A DNA stretch of 64,000 nucleotides from Cyanophyceae cyanobacterium. GTDB lineage: Bacteria > Cyanobacteriota > Cyanobacteriia > Cyanobacteriales > JBHJGN01. Positions 61,763 through 64,000 of this stretch are shown one piece after another; within the stretch, counting starts at the first letter, position 1, and each line of letters begins with the position of its first letter. A model generated the notes under the pieces. The model searched no databases and had not been told where the DNA came from. It worked only from the letters and a program-made list of their open reading frames with translations. The stretch is taken from NCBI GenBank assembly GCA_050331735.1, contig JBHJGN010000011.1:224001-288000 (forward strand), written 5' to 3'. The position numbers and the translations under genes are program-made.

Positions 61763-63889
61763 ATGGACCACACCTTTCATCGACTGGCTCCCTTTATTCA
61801 GGAGTATATTTACACCCATAACTGGACGGAATTAAGGCCAGTGCAGATGGAAGCCTGTCGAGTAATTTTTAACACCAAAGCTCATCTGTTGCTGCCTGCT
61901 GGCACCGCTTCGGGAAAAACAGAAGCGGCATTTCTGCCAATTTTGACAGTGCTGCACGAAAACCCGCCAGCAACTGTGGGAGTGCTGTACATTAGCCCAA
62001 TTAAAGCCCTCATCAACGATCAGTTTGAGCGCCTCAGCGAGGTGCTGCGGCAATCAGACACTAGCGTTTGGGCCTGGCACGGCGATATTGCTTCTAGTCG
62101 TAAGCGCCAGCTTCTTAAAAATCCTCAAGGCATCCTACAAATTACGCCTGAGTCGTTAGAAAGCCTGCTAATCAACAGAAATAATGAACTACCTCGCCTC
62201 TTTGGCGATTTGCGTTTCATCGTCATCGACGAAATTCATGCTTTTATGGGATCTGAAAGAGGCCGTCAAATTCTTTGTCAGCTTGCTCGTCTCTCCCACT
62301 ACACTAAAAACTTACCGCGTCGGGTGGGTTTATCAGCAACGTTAGGCGATTATACCCTAGCTGAATCCTGGCTGCGATCGCAGACTAATCTTCCCGTCAT
62401 CACACCGCAGATACAGAAAGCACAGAAGCAGGTTCATCTTTCCTTAGAATGTTTTCACAAAGACAACTCCCATTACTATCGATATGTATACGAGCGTAGC
62501 CAATCCCGCAAGTGCTTAATCTTTACCAATAACCGCACCGAGTCGGAGTTGATAATTGCGAACCTGCGCTCCTTTGCTCAAGCCAAAGGCTCGCCCGACA
62601 TTTATCATGTCCATCACGGTAGCGTGTCGGCACTTCTCAGAGACGACGCTGAGAGGGCGATGCGTACTGCGACTCCGGCGGTGATTGCGGCTACGGTTAC
62701 TTTAGAAATGGGAATCGACATTGGTGAACTAGAGCGAGTCATTCAAATTAATGCGCCTGTTTCAGTGTCTAGCTTCCTGCAGCGGTTAGGGCGTACTGGC
62801 CGGCGAGGAACCCCGGCAGATATGCGATTTGTCTGCACTGATGGAGAATCTCCTGAACAGATTCCCTGGCAGCTATTGCAGTGTATCGCCATCATTCAGC
62901 TTTACCTCGAAGAACGCTGGATTGAGCCAATTGCGCCCATTCAATATCCTTTCAGTCTGCTCTATCACCAAACGATGAGCATTTTGGCATCCCAGGGGGA
63001 ACTTTCCCCTGCTGCCCTTACCCAGCAGGTATTATCGTTACCCGCTTTCGCCGCGATTTCTCCCACCGATTTTCGTCAACTGCTGCGCTATCTCATCAGC
63101 ATCGATCATCTTCAAGCCATTCAGGGAAAGCTAATGATTGGCTTAGGGGCTGAGAAACTGGTCAGGAACTTTCATTTCTATGCGGTTTTTTCAGAGACTG
63201 TGGAGTACTGCGTTAAAGGAGAAACAGGAGAAATTGGGAAGATTTCGATTCCCCCGTCTCAAGGGCAGCGGTTTGCTCTGGCTGGAAGAACTTGGGAAGT
63301 TGTAGACCTGGATGCTTCTAGAAAAACAGTATTTGTTAAGCTGGTCGAGGGCATCGCCGGAATTTCCTGGCGAGGAAGCCGCAGCGCGAGCATTCACACT
63401 AAAATCCTTCAGCGGATGCGGCAAGTGCTGCTAGAAAATGTGCAATATCCTTACCTCCAGAAGGGGGCTAGCAAACGGCTGAATAGTGTTCGTCAGCAGG
63501 CAAAACGAATTGGTTTGGCAACTCAAACAATTGTTCCTCTCGCGACTGAAAATCGCTGCACCATTTTTCCTTGGGTAGGGACAGTTGCTTTTGATACGCT
63601 AGAGCGCTTATTACACTTGATTCGGGAGGAGCTAGATATTCAGGAAATTGACGGTCAGTCTCCCTACTATTTGACGGTTAAACTGGGACAGAGCGCAGCC
63701 TTGGAGTTACAGGAGAGAATTGTTAAGATTTGTCAGAAAAGATTGACTACTGAAGATTTAGTGGCTCCAGATGAAGCTCCAAAACGACAAAAATATGATC
63801 GCTTTATTCCTAACCATCTGCTGCGCAAAGCCTTTGCCTGCGACTGTCTCAACTTAGAGGAATTGGCAAGCATTGTTCAAAACTGGTAG
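61763..63889 (+). CDS. Lhr-like DEAD/DEAH box helicase
   Basis: TASGKTEAA, PIKALINDQ, ITPESLE, DEIH, SAT, HHGS, TLEMGIDIG and QRLGRTGRR motifs. Confidence 0.9.
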   Translation: MDHTFHRLAPFIQEYIYTHNWTELRPVQMEACRVIFNTKAHLLLPAGTASGKTEAAFLPILTVLHENPPATVGVLYISPIKALINDQFERLSEVLRQSDTSVWAWHGDIASSRKRQLLKNPQGILQITPESLESLLINRNNELPRLFGDLRFIVIDEIHAFMGSERGRQILCQLARLSHYTKNLPRRVGLSATLGDYTLAESWLRSQTNLPVITPQIQKAQKQVHLSLECFHKDNSHYYRYVYERSQSRKCLIFTNNRTESELIIANLRSFAQAKGSPDIYHVHHGSVSALLRDDAERAMRTATPAVIAATVTLEMGIDIGELERVIQINAPVSVSSFLQRLGRTGRRGTPADMRFVCTDGESPEQIPWQLLQCIAIIQLYLEERWIEPIAPIQYPFSLLYHQTMSILASQGELSPAALTQQVLSLPAFAAISPTDFRQLLRYLISIDHLQAIQGKLMIGLGAEKLVRNFHFYAVFSETVEYCVKGETGEIGKISIPPSQGQRFALAGRTWEVVDLDASRKTVFVKLVEGIAGISWRGSRSASIHTKILQRMRQVLLENVQYPYLQKGASKRLNSVRQQAKRIGLATQTIVPLATENRCTIFPWVGTVAFDTLERLLHLIREELDIQEIDGQSPYYLTVKLGQSAALELQERIVKICQKRLTTEDLVAPDEAPKRQKYDRFIPNHLLRKAFACDCLNLEELASIVQNW

Positions 63890-64000
63890 GCAAACATTCT
63901 TTTGGAAGAGGAGGAAGACTATAGCATGAGAGAGCCATCAACAAAAACGAAAAAGTTAGGCTTCCCCCCCCTTTGAAAACCGCTCTCCATGTCTTTTATA

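Larger units (their letters stand above)
118..62381. repeat. HIP1 octamer GCGATCGC, dispersed
   Basis: Dozens of copies seen in genes and spacers (e.g. 118-125, 2496-2503, 4458-4465). Not counted exactly. Typical of cyanobacteria. Confidence 0.95.

Overview
Chromosomal segment of a cyanobacterium. Markers include psbM, ycf3, pcyA, an HLIP, the flavodiiron genes flv1/flv3, pmgA, sigA and dense HIP1 octamers (GCGATCGC). It is mostly housekeeping, plus a surface-polysaccharide cluster (GT4, GT39-like, gmd, two GT2, rfbCDAB). Features read directly from the DNA and absent from the ORF track: the N-terminus of hppD, psbM, a probable 6S RNA just upstream of pmgA, a DUF6888-like gene beginning at ATT, an internally deleted carbon-nitrogen hydrolase pseudogene, a XisI gene interrupted by a 24-nt double-hairpin insertion in a HIP1-like site, and a HicA toxin remnant. 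The most unusual signals are: (i) a family of composite palindromic intergenic elements built from inverted GGGGAAA/TTTCCCC tracts and covarying 13-nt GNA-triloop hairpins; (ii) the related micro-insertion in xisI; (iii) a cassette-turnover hotspot between flv3 and flv1; (iv) a TolC with a roughly 95-aa low-complexity loop insertion. I saw no CRISPR array, tRNA, rRNA, intact transposase or prophage, and I cannot support a complete novel multi-gene system. All family calls are from recognition by eye, without database searches.
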